A stretch of 64,000 nucleotides of DNA, from assembly GCF_002113885.1 (NCBI RefSeq), contig NW_018479985.1, forward strand, positions 86,127 to 150,126, given 5' to 3'. Position 1 is the first letter of the stretch; every line of letters begins with the position of its first letter. This DNA is from Mizuhopecten yessoensis. Lineage: Eukaryota. Both the position numbers and the translations under genes were made by a program. Of the stretch, positions 14,871 through 26,600 are shown one piece after another. The notes beneath the pieces were generated by a model. That model saw nothing but the letters and a program-made list of their open reading frames with translations, made no database searches and was not told the DNA's origin.

Positions 14871-15300
14871 TCTGGTGTAGAGAGGCCTAAGACACCACAA
14901 TGTCACTTTACATAGAAATATGAAAAGTGGGACCAAGTTATTGGTCTGGTGTAGAGAGGCCTTGAGACACCATAATGTCACTTTACATAGAAATGTGAAA
15001 AATGGGACCAAGTTAATGGTCTGGTGTAGAGAGGCCTAAGACACCACAATGTCACTTTACATAGAAATATGAAAAGTGGGACCAAGTTAATGGTCTGGTG
15101 TAGAGAGGCCTTGAGACACCACAATGTCACTTTACATAGAAATTTGTACAGTAGGACCAAGTTAATGGTCTGGTGTAGAAAGGCCTAAGACACCACAATG
15201 TCACTTTACATAGAAATGTGTACAGTAGGACCAAGTTAATGGTCTGGTGTAGAGAGGCCTAAGACACCACAATGTCACTATACATAGAAATGTGAAAACT
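14871..15300. repeat. 74/75-bp minisatellite
   Basis: tctggtgtag recurs at 14871, 14945, 15020, 15094, 15169, 15243 (alternating 74/75 bp). Confidence 0.93.
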
Positions 15301-16016
15301 GGGATCTATCTGAAGGTCTGTTTTATGCAGGATTAGGTTGATACAGTTTATATAGAAATTTATAAATTGAGACCAAATCAGAGGTCTGATTTGTACATAT
15401 TTTCAAATTACATAAGGATTGAGCAGCACTTTTTCAGTGTCCATGTGTTATAAATACAAATCAGTTATATATCCCATGAAGCTATTCCATGATGTCCTGG
15501 GGCTTCATGGTAAATATGTATGTAACATTGAAAAATGCTGTTCAATACATATAATTGCATTCTATTTTTCTTCAGTTATTATTGATCTACAGACAGGTAT
15601 TCCCTTATATTTTCGGAACTGAAGTGTCTGTGTCATGAATGCAAAGTAGATTTCTGGAACAGCTGTGCATCACCAAAATGTTTGCTTCCTACAGTTTTCA
15701 CACGTTTTTTGAGGTGGGAGGAGAAGCTTCAAAATGATGCTGATCAAATTGCATCATAAACGTCAAATAGTCCTATGAACGCAGTTTCTTTGGATATTGC
15801 TTAAAGAGGAACTTGCAGTCAAAATGTAAATTTAGATGGCTGCTTTACATAAAAATGTATACGTGGGATGAAACTAAAGCTCCAGTGTATATACAGGTGT
15901 CCAGATTACAAAGAGTGACATATGTATACAGTGGGACCTTGTTGAAGGTCTGGTTAAAGCGAGGTTTTAGATTTCTCATTGTCATTTACATTGAAATATA
16001 TATAATGGGACATAAT

Positions 16017-16341
16017 TGAGGTCTGGTCTGTACTCTTACAAACACAGGGTTTTGAGGTCTGGTCTGTACTCCTACAAACACAGGGTTTTGAGGTCTGGCC
16101 TGTACTCTTACAAACACAGGGTTTTGAGGTCTGGCCTGTACTCTTACAAACACAGGGTTTTCAGGTCTGGTCTGTACTCCTACAAACACAGGGTTTTGAG
16201 GTCTGGTCTGTACTCTTACAAACACAGGGTTTTGAAGTCTGGTATGTACTCTTACAAACACAGGGTTTTGAAGTCTGGTCTGTACTCCTACAAATACAGG
16301 GTTTTGAAGTCTGGTATGTACCCTACAAACACAGGGTTTTG
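16017..16341. repeat. 36-bp minisatellite, copy 1
   Basis: Unit gaggtctggtctgtactcttacaaacacagggtttt (spurious RSGLYSYKHRVL ORF); ends at N16342. Confidence 0.95.
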
Positions 16342-16579
16342 NAAAAGTGGGACCTATCTGAAGGTCTGTTTTATGCAGGATTAGGTTTATACAGTTTATA
16401 TAGAAATTTATAAATTGAGACCAAATCAGAGGTCTGATTTGTACATATTTTCAAATTACATAAGGATTGAGCAGCACTTTTTCAGTGTATACAGTGGGAC
16501 CTTGTTGAAGGTCTGGTTATAGCGAGGTTTTAGATTTCTCATTGTCATTTATATTGAAATATATATAATGGGACATAAT

Positions 16580-16972
16580 TGAGGTCTGGTCTGTAGTCTT
16601 ACAAACACAGGGTTTTGAGGTCTGGTCTGTACTCTAACAAACACAAGGTTTTGAAGTCTGGTCTGTACTCCTACAAACACAGGGTTTTGAGGTCTGGTCT
16701 GTACTCTTACAAACACAGGGTTTTGAGGTCTGGTCTGTACTCTTACAAACACAGGGTTTTGAGGTCTGGTCTGTACTCTTACAAACACAGGGTTTTGAAG
16801 TCTGGTCTGTACTCTACAAACACAGGGTTTTGAGGTCTGGTCTGTACTCCTTCAAACACAGGGTTTTGAAGTCTGGTCTGTACTCCTACAAACACAGGGT
16901 TTTGAAGTCTGGTCTGTACTCCTACAAACACAGGGTTTTGAAGTCTGGTTTGTACTCCTACAAACAGGGTTT
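16580..16972. repeat. 36-bp minisatellite, copy 2
   Basis: Same unit, preceded by a duplicate of the unique flank of copy 1. Confidence 0.95.
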
Positions 16973-17464
16973 ACAGCTTTAAGACCAGCTACACTCTGCG
17001 ACTATAAAATCTATCTTTATGTAACAGCAGTCCTGTCACTGAAGATCTGCTGACTCAAAATCAGTGTTGATCATGCTGATCAGATTGTTCATAAAAATGA
17101 CTGGAGAATGAATTAAATGTGGACGTATCTGGGATAGTTTTTACAGCGTACTCATCTTGGAGCTGCCAGGATAAGATGAGTGATGGAAATTAGTTGATGA
17201 TTATGATGCATTGCCTAGTAATGAACGTCTGGTTGAGTGATAAATCCTGATCGTCAGGTTAGTCCCCTCGTCCAGCAGATGATTAGGGACACTAAACTGA
17301 CCATATTATGGTCCTCAGACCTGATGGGTCCTATCTGTTCCAATTCAGCCAGAATACCAAACCAATCTTTAGGGGGAAATTTGAACAAATGACTTTAGAA
17401 GTTTATTAATGATTGCAACTAACTCTCATAGGTTTATTAACACAAGTGACAATCATATATAGAT

Positions 17465-18433
17465 GTAAAGTTTATCAACAGAAGAGCTATTATATAATAT
17501 AGCTGTAAAGTTTATCAACAGAAGAGCTATTATATGATATAGCTCTCAGGTTTTTCCACAGAAGAGCTATTATATAATGTAGCTCTCAGGTTTATCAATA
17601 GTAGACCTATTATATGATATAGCTCTCAGGTTTATCAACAGTAGACCTATTATATAATATAGCTCTCAGGTTTATCAACAGTAGAGCTATTATACAATAT
17701 AGCTCTCAGGTTTATCAATAGTAGAGCTATTATACGATATAGCTCTCAGGTTTATCAACAGAAGAGCTATTATATAATGTAGCTCTCAGGTTTATCAACA
17801 GTAGACCTATTATACAATATAGCTCTCAGGTTTATCAACAGAAGAGCTTTTATATAATGTAGCTCTCAGGTTTATCAATAGTAGAGCTATTATATGATAT
17901 AGCTCTCAGGTTTATCAATAGTAGAGCTATTATACAATATAGCTCTCAGGTTTATCAACAGAAGAGCTATTATATAATACAGCTCTCAGGTTTATCAACA
18001 GTAGAACTATTTTATAATATAGCTCTCAGGTTTATCAACAGTAGAGCTATTATATGATATAGCTCTCAGGTTTTTCCACAGAAGAGCTATTATATGATAT
18101 AGCTCTCAGGTTTATCAATAGTAGAGCTATTATACAATATAGCTCTCAGGTTTATCAACAGAAGAGCTATTATATAATACAGCTCTCAGGTTTATCAACA
18201 GTAGACCTATTTTATAATATAGCTCTCAGGTTTATCAACAGTAGAGCTATTATATGATATAGCTCTCAGGTTTATCCACAGAAGAGCTATTATATAATAT
18301 AGCTGTCAGGTTTTTCCACAGAAAAGCTATTATATAATATAGCTGTCAGGTTTTTCCACAGGAGAGCTATTATATAATATAGCTGTCAGGTTTTTCCACA
18401 GAAGAGCTATTATATAATATAGCTGTCAGGTTT
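17465..18433. repeat. 40-bp minisatellite
   Basis: Unit agctctcaggtttatcaacagtagagctattatataatat, ~24 copies in 40-bp register. Confidence 0.97.
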
Positions 18434-19025
18434 AATATCAACAAAAATAACAATTATATGTATCAATAATTAAAAGACTCAGTTTTAGCGGCTGAATTTT
18501 CACTACTACATAGTATAGTGTTCTGTCTATGTAGAGTGTTAATACAAACCTGAAGGGTAACATTGGTCACAGATTTGAAATGTAAATAGATTGTCAATAC
18601 AAACCCTGAAATGTAACTTTCTGATTAGGATTTGATTCAAACCTGAACCTTAACATTGGTTTGAATTTGATAAAGTGACATTAATTTTGTTCCAAAATGA
18701 TAAGTTGGCCTTATTTATTGGGTTATCTATCTATTTAGGTGGGTTTTTTAGTAGGGCTTATGATGTTTTTTCTTTTGTTTCGGTGTCCCCTCATTTCCTG
18801 CCATTGTCTTTTTATACATTTATGGGTTCAAATTATGTCTGTGATTATTGTGATTTTGATGTTTTTAATATTTTATCTGTGTGTGTTGACAGTACAGTTA
18901 TTTTGTCCATATGTGTTGGTATATTTTTGTCTGTTTACTGAAAACCACGGAAGTACTATATGGAAATGATCGATAAAATTTTGTCTACACCCAATATTCT
19001 GGTCTAAAAGGTAAGATACCTCCTA

Positions 19026-19663
19026 ACGTCATTGTACCCAAATCGGGACACTTTTTAGATAAATATCAATGTTTTTTATACCATATATTATCGGTTCCAA
19101 AACCGTTTGTTCATTTTTCATAAATAGATACTATATCCACTTTTCATTTCTATTACAAGTTGATATTTCAGGCCAATGGTTTTATAAATAAAATGTGAAA
19201 TAACATCAGGGTTACATAGGCCCTTGAACCAGCATTTACCCTGAAAGGGACACTTCGGTATTTTGGCTAATATTCGGGGATAAACGATCAATATCGGCAA
19301 GAAAAAAAGACATATTTCAAATAGTTAAGAGTCAAACAGGGTTATGATTAATTTCTTCTCCAAACTAGCATTAGTTTTGATGAAATAGACTTTTGAAAAT
19401 GACACCCAAATAAATAGCTTTGCACGCCACGTAAATCGGGACAGTTTTGTTCTGGTCAATATTCTGACCGTTAAATTGTCCATGTAACGATAATCAGCAG
19501 ACAATAAAGCTTACATACAGTTAAATTAATTGTCATAAAATGATTATGAAATGAAAACTGTATATATAAAAGTACTTCCTTGCATTGAATGACAGTTTCT
19601 TGGGCCGTTTTCCCATATAAGTGACCCGTTTTGGGTACTGTCCGGATTTGGATACAGTGACGG
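19026..19663. mobile_element. TA-flanked MITE (Tc1/mariner/pogo-type), 638 bp
   Basis: Left ACGTCATTGTACCCAAATCGGGACA vs right rev-comp CCGTCACTGTATCCAAATCCGGACA (21/25); TA at 19024-25 and 19664-65. Confidence 0.8.
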
Positions 19664-19768
19664 TAGTGGCTGTATTAGCCTGTTACTATGCTTAATTGAG
19701 GCAGTTGGATTTCGGATGCTACACAGATTTTTTTTTAGAATGGTAATTCTCAAGAAGCAGTGAAGAGA

Positions 19769-20153
19769 TTTGACAGCCTTCAGGTGTAATGATTTAGACA
19801 GTCTTCAGGACTGCTGTAATTTAGACAGCCTACAGGACTGATGTAATTAAGACAGCCTTCAGGACTGATGTAAGTTAGACAGTCTTCAGGACTGATGTAA
19901 TTTAGACAGTCTTCAGGACTGATGTAAGTTAGACAGCCTTCAGGACTGATGTAATTAAGACAGTCTTCAGGACTGATGTAATTAAAACAGCCTTCAGGAC
20001 TGATGTCATTTAGACAGCCTTCAGCACTGATGTCATTTAGACAGCCTTTAGGACTGATGTAATTAAGACAGCCTTCAGGACTGATGTCATTTAGACAGCC
20101 TTTAGGACTGATGTAATTTAGACAGCCTTCAGGACTGATGTAATTTAGACAGT
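19769..20153. repeat. 27-bp (some 24-bp) minisatellite
   Basis: Unit tttagacagccttcaggactgatgtaa; source of the EGCLNYISP ORF. Confidence 0.95.
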
Positions 20154-23010
20154 ATTGCAAAGATCAATCCATCTGAAATGACAAAAAAAAAAAATGAAAT
20201 GGAAAGTGAAAGTTTCACAGCAGTAACCAACTTGTCAATTTGTCTTACCCGACATGTTACTTTGTTAGCCCTACAATTTACTGACTTAACAAAGAATGGT
20301 GATGCTGAATTACCTATTGGATATGATTTATTCATGAGAGAAAGTAATGAAATAGGAAAATTGTCCATGAGAGAAAGTAATGAAATAGGAAAGTTGTCTT
20401 ACCTTTAAATTTAAAAATACTGATTGATGATAAGCAGGAATGTGCATCTTGGTTCCTAAAGTTGAAGATAAATGGAGTTGATTGGGTTGAGTTTTATATC
20501 CCAGACATCGGAGAGTTGATCCGAGCAGTCACAGGTCCATATATAAACACAATTTATTCCCCAAATATCTATAGATTACCATTTTAAACTGTAATGGATC
20601 AATACATTCTGAGATAAAACCTGTTTTTAAATGAGGATTTACAGGAATTGTAGAACCCAGCTTGTGCCGTATAAGGTTATGAAGTCATCTGTTCTACTTT
20701 ATAAGCTGTGCAGTTTTATTGTTACGCAAAAGTTAAAGTCTAGCCTCAGAGAAAAGATAAAGTACGAAATTTTGATTAAATTGCTGTTAATGGTGAAAAT
20801 GCACATTATTTAATTGTTATATATCAATCAATCTCTTTAAGTGGAATACCTTTATTGTTATATACTGTATTACAGTTATTTTATTATCGATATATATATA
20901 TTTTTAAAGTCGGTATAGTGAAAGGAAATTCTATTACAAGAGAATTCTTCTATGAAAATTGCTATCATTGCTAGTATTATGCATGCTCGTTTGTGTACCC
21001 CTCTGCCCTTTCCCATTGGCTACATTGGTTAAGTCTTCACCTGGCCGAGTTGTCCACTGTCAGTAGTATTCCTAGTGACTTTTATGCATTTCAGATTGGA
21101 TGTGGAACATGAATTAGTCTATTATTAATGTGGCTGCTAACATGGCTAGAAATTAAATATCACCAGAAAGTACCATCATGCAACATTGATCAACACTTTG
21201 TACTGCTATGTGTGTATTTTGAATTTGTTTCAATTATATTATGGATTCCATAACATAATTATATTCACAGGTGGGAACATCACACGTAGCTTCCATTCTT
21301 TTTTGTCTAAATTTCGCCTTAATTTCAGAAGTGCAGCTTGTTCAAAATTATGAATGGGGAGTCCCATCTGTGCACATAACCTTAATCCATAGAAGTTCGA
21401 TGCTAAAAATAAGACACAACTCCTGATTTTGCGAAATTTGCAAAACTTAACCAACGTATATTTTTCAACGGATCTCTTTGACACTTGGCATACATTATCA
21501 TCATGATATGAAATTGTGTCTCCCTAAAAAGAATTTTGATTCAACAATTTTCGCAATAGATATTGCCCTTTGTTCATTTCAGTATTTGATTTTTTGTCCT
21601 AAACCTATGTTGGATCATTTTCAAGGTCATTTATAAGTGGCCCACATTGTCTTCTTGTTTATCTGTACACGCCAAAAAATCAGACACTTTATTCAGAACA
21701 CCAAAAACACTAGACTATATACGGATCACCTAGAAGAGAAGACACAAGGCCTAAGGGAACCGTTTACTGATCTCCTAGTGGAGACAAGAGGTCAAAGGAG
21801 ATGACAGCATTGGATGTAGAGTCTAAATCCATTATGTTCTTCTCGCCTGTCCAGTAGTCCTACTCCACACTGCCAATAGTCTCCGGAGGGAAATAAAACA
21901 CCTGTATGTGTCTCCTTCATGGTTTAATCTCTCCTGTTTATGGTAGCTCCTGTTGGAAGGGAAGAGTAATCTTTTATTTAACGGTCATTCTACGGGGTCC
22001 TTTATGATCACACTGGGAAATATGGAACAAAAATAGAAAACAAATGGGTCTTTAGTTATGATGTGGGCTTAAATTGAGAAGGGTAAGCCTGATTATTATT
22101 CAAGAGGGGTTGCAGCTTAATATAGCTCTGCAAGCAAGATGGTCATTGATTTCGTTTATTGAGTTATGCCCATTAGAATCTTGTTCATAGGGCTCACCTA
22201 CATTAGTAGCCCAAGGGACTGTGTGTATATGTGCATATATATACTAGAACACTTAATGATGTGGACAGTGTGGAGAAAATGAAGTCAAATTAGGACTAAC
22301 TATACATTACATAAAACATACATTAAAATATCAAGAAAGACTATTCATATCAATATCATTAATGCCCTTAACACATTTTGTAGCTGTAATTACGCTGTTA
22401 TCAATAAATGCATTCTTATATACCATTCACAAATACCATTTACACCATATTTCTTAAAATAGAACTCTTTGGTGAAGGAGATAACGTACGTTGTATCACC
22501 CAGTGTAATAAGAGTATTAGCTTTCTTGGGGGGATTTTTTTAAGGCATAACTGACGATTGTTTAATTAGGAATTTGAAATCATTGTGAATTTCATTGTGA
22601 TGTGTGTTAGTCTATCAATCAACACTTTATTCCTGTTCGTAATTTTGCCTTGTATAAGAGTAATGAAGTTGATCTAATTTTGTTGAGAAAAGCCTGGTTG
22701 CTTTTTGCCGTAACTGGAAGAAGCTATGATACTAAGTGCTAAGAGTGCCTCTGATTGCTTAGCATGGGAGATGTCTGTGTACCAATATAGTTTGGAAGAC
22801 TTGGAGGCGTGAGAACCAATCCACACCAGGGAAGTAAGGGCGAGAAATATTGGAAACACTTTTTCTGGTTTCTGAACTTTATCAGTAACTTTCCAATTTT
22901 AGAACTTGCAGAAGTGCAAAGAATGACTATAATAGAGGTATAGTTTTAGGGTGATTACCTCTGGTATTGACGTTTGCGAGTCTGTAACTTTGGCCTGTTG
23001 AGGTGTCCAG

Positions 23011-26000
23011 GGTGCCGTTTCACGACGCGTACGTAAAGTAACGGGTACCCGTAAATATTTACGTGCACGTAACTAAGTGCACGTAAGTTACGTAGGGGGT
23101 GTTTCACGAAACCGTACGTAACTTTTCACATTTACGTACGGGTTTACGTGCACGTAAATTATACCGGAAGTGAATAATCCAACATGATGTGATGATCCTT
23201 AGGTTTAAAGCGGTTACAATCTTAACCATTCAATGATTTCTTTAGACTTAACATACGGCGATTCTCATTGGAATATTTCCATTTATGAGGTGGCCAGAAC
23301 TTTCAGAAGTGGAACTCTCTAGTGTCATAGTTAAACTAATTAGAGCCCCGTAGAACCCGAGGCAGCACATGAGAGCCCGGTACAGCTGGATAGAAGTATT
23401 TGAACCGCCCGGGCCTTCTCTTTTGATGTCATGTCATACATGTAGCAACTGTGTATTTCTTTTTTACATATTTTAACAATATGAATGTAATGATGAAGAA
23501 ACAAATCATATTCTGCAAATCCATACTTGTGAACTCTCCCAATATGGATGGAGATTCCCGATTTTGAACCCTGAAATTCAGCATTTTCAACTATTCCTAT
23601 TTTCTATTATGTGATGATTTCATCTGGAAGAACAACTCAAAAGATGCCACTTATTAGTTATCTAGTTATAGGTAAAAAAAAGATATATATATACATAACA
23701 ATATTATGCCAATTTAGAATTAGAAATATAACAACTGTCAAGTACATGTACAGCTAATATCGCACATGTGACAGTACCACGGAATTGAATTTTAAGTCCG
23801 TCACAGTACTTGTATTGTTGGGACTATCTGATCGCCAGTTCAACTAAATATTAATAAGTACATTGTTTTGTAAAACTCTGATACAACTAAATATTGTTGT
23901 ATTTTTAGGCATGGAAATATTAATTGTGAGGATTTTTATCATTTCACAAACCCGATGATTTCCAATTCGTATAATTATAGAGGGCACAATAAAACACTGG
24001 GCAAATATTACATGTAACTGAAAGTTTACAAACAAAAATAAGCTATTGGATTTGGAGATGCCGCGGACTCTTGGGGTGAACCGGAATCAGTAGTCAAACA
24101 TAAGCCAATTAATTGTGTAGGTATTGTTATTATAAGGATGCAACACAGTAAAAGTCTATCATCTTAAAAAACCAACAAAGATTGACAGACTTGCGACGTG
24201 TTGTAATAGAAGCACCACAACAATATCACAGCGACAAGATAGCGGATAGTTAAACGTTAAGTTACCTTCAAACATAACTTCCGTCGACTTAAACTTTCTT
24301 GCCGTTGCTTTCCCTTTCAACTACTGAATCATTGCATAATCTACATGTACAAACTATTACTCGGAGATGAGGGGTTGTCTAGATCTCAGTGGTAGGGATC
24401 AGGTCGGTTGGGGGACAGTTTCACAAAGCGGTACTCGTCGAATGACAATTATATCGGGATCAAATTGTTATAAAACAACAATTTTCTAACATATTTTCAT
24501 ATTTTTTCAATTACAAAAATATTTGCAACAGGTGCGCCAAGGTTTGGAAATGTGAACTCTGGAATCCAAAGAAAGGACGGACGAAATGACACAACAGTTC
24601 GAGATTTTTTGGGCAGATTATGATCAATTTCTTACTCTTTATATACGTTAGTGACGCGTCATAAGCCTTTCAAGATACGTCATTTCTCCATTGCATCTAT
24701 CAACATTTTTTCAATAAATTTCATGAATTTGTTTGACATCCGATTTTTATACTTAACGTCCTGCCAGAAAATTACACGTTGTTCTTGCTAGTAGTATTTA
24801 CATGTACATAATTCTCTAAGGTTCTGTTATTGAGATACCAGTTTTCGTCTCCGTATCAAATTTACTGTTGGCGTCTTTCTAATAGGACACAATGGCCAAT
24901 TAACTCATTATGATTTAAAAACTAAGAAATGGGTGATAACATTAACCTAATTAACGAAAGCTTTGGATAATTCTGCAGATGTACGCAAAATGTCTTTAAA
25001 ATGGATCAAACAACGAAGCCAGGGGAAATTATTGGTGGAAAGCCCCCCAGTAAAATAACATACAACCCAATGGGATAATGACGTAACGTTGAAGACTTAC
25101 ATGTACGGCACGTCATTGCATACAACATCTTTCATACATTTCTACACATTTTTCTTTAAATCATCTTAAAGATAATCGGCAATGTTATAAAAACAAAATT
25201 TGATACACCGTGAAATAGAATTTCCCACATTTTTATTTCATATTAATTTTATACTTGTTCTTAAAATCAGAGACTTATACGTCTCTGTTAAAATGGATAG
25301 CAAATTTGCAGAAATTCATTTTTTCTGATATAATCAGGTTAAACATGAAAAACGACCTGCATAGCATAATTATTAAGCTAAATTTTATATCATATCTTCA
25401 AAATCAGCTAACGAAATAATATTGCAGTATTTTGAAATAAATATCATCGTTTATGAAATTAAAATTTCGTTTAATTTCATCACAAAACTCATCATTAAAA
25501 ATCATGAAATATATCTAGAAATGCATGGAATATATAGCCGTCGCTGTTACCATCCAAGTAAAATATTGGGAAAATACTGTACTTTTGGCCCCTACTTGTG
25601 TTTTGTTGGTTTAGACACACTCATCCCCTATGTAATGCCCACTGGAGTTTATTTATTTAACACGACACAATACGGCAGTCATTTGTTTCCTTTTATGACG
25701 TCTGAACGTAAACTTACGTGTGGTTTACGGCAGGGATTTGTTTGCGTAAGTTACGTGAGGTTTTGGGGGTAACTTACGGGGACCCGTAACTTATTTACGT
25801 GCACTCGTAACTTACGTGTGCGTCGTGAAACGGACCAAAAAACTTACGTACGGGTTACGGGGACCCGTAACTTATTTACGTGCACTCGTAACTTACGTGC
25901 GCGTCGTGAAACGGACCAAAAAACTTACGTACGGGTTACGGGGACCCGTAACTTATTTACGTGCACTCGTAACTTACGTGCGCGTCGTGAAACGGACCAA

Positions 26001-26060
26001 AAAACTTACGTACGGTTTACGGGTACCCGTAACTTTACGTACGCGTCGTGAAACGGCACC
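23011..26060. mobile_element. Non-autonomous PIF/Harbinger-like DNA transposon, 3050 bp
   Basis: 45-bp TIR GGTGCCGTTTCACGACGCGTACGTAAAGT(A/T)ACGGGTACCCGTAAA with 1 mismatch. 3-bp TSD CAG (23008-10, 26061-63), fitting the CWG/TWA 3-bp TSDs of Harbingers. No transposase ORF. Confidence 0.9.
25770..26012. repeat. 81-bp subterminal tandem repeat of the Harbinger-like element
   Basis: gacccgtaac at 25781, 25862, 25943; each unit contains the TIR core cgtcgtgaaacgg. Confidence 0.93.
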
Positions 26061-26459
26061 CAGACTGACAGTGTTTCACTGCGGATACTTCTTATTGACA
26101 ACCAATTGGTTTTTTATGTGTTTCTTAGATAAAGGTTTCCAAAATAGTTACTGATTTATTTCAAGCTGGAAATGTTAAGAATGATTCATTTGACACCATC
26201 AATTCTATATGATGACACCTTACACCAGGTGTAGCTCTTATTTACCCGTCAGTTACTGCCGTTTACCTGAGAGATACCTAGAGAGCCGATGTGATCAATA
26301 GATCTGGCTTAAAATTTTACATCTGTCAACTACAATAGGGAAATCTCATATGAACAGTTAATGAATTATTTACCGTTCCAATGTTGGTTAATGGCTTCAA
26401 CATGTAAACCCTTTATGATCAGCATGTTAGGTAAGTTCATAGTATATCTCATGTCCCAG

Positions 26460-26600
26460 AGGGTTGGGAGGGAAAGGAAATTCTGACTGGAAGGATTTCC
26501 TAGCAGGTTGGGAGGAAAAGGAAATTCTGACTGGAGGAATTTCCCAGCAGGTTGGGAGGAAAAGGAAATTCTGACTGGAGGGATTTCCCAGCAGGTTGGG
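26460..26600. repeat. Short ~44-bp G-rich tandem repeat
   Basis: ggttgggaggaaaaggaaattctgactggagg(a)atttcccagca, ~3 copies plus degenerate tail. Confidence 0.85.

Noticed and set aside
17465-18433. Repeated ctctcag|gttt as possible recursive-splicing sites
   Set aside because: Polypyrimidine tract is too short and the regenerated donor (GTTTAT) is poor.
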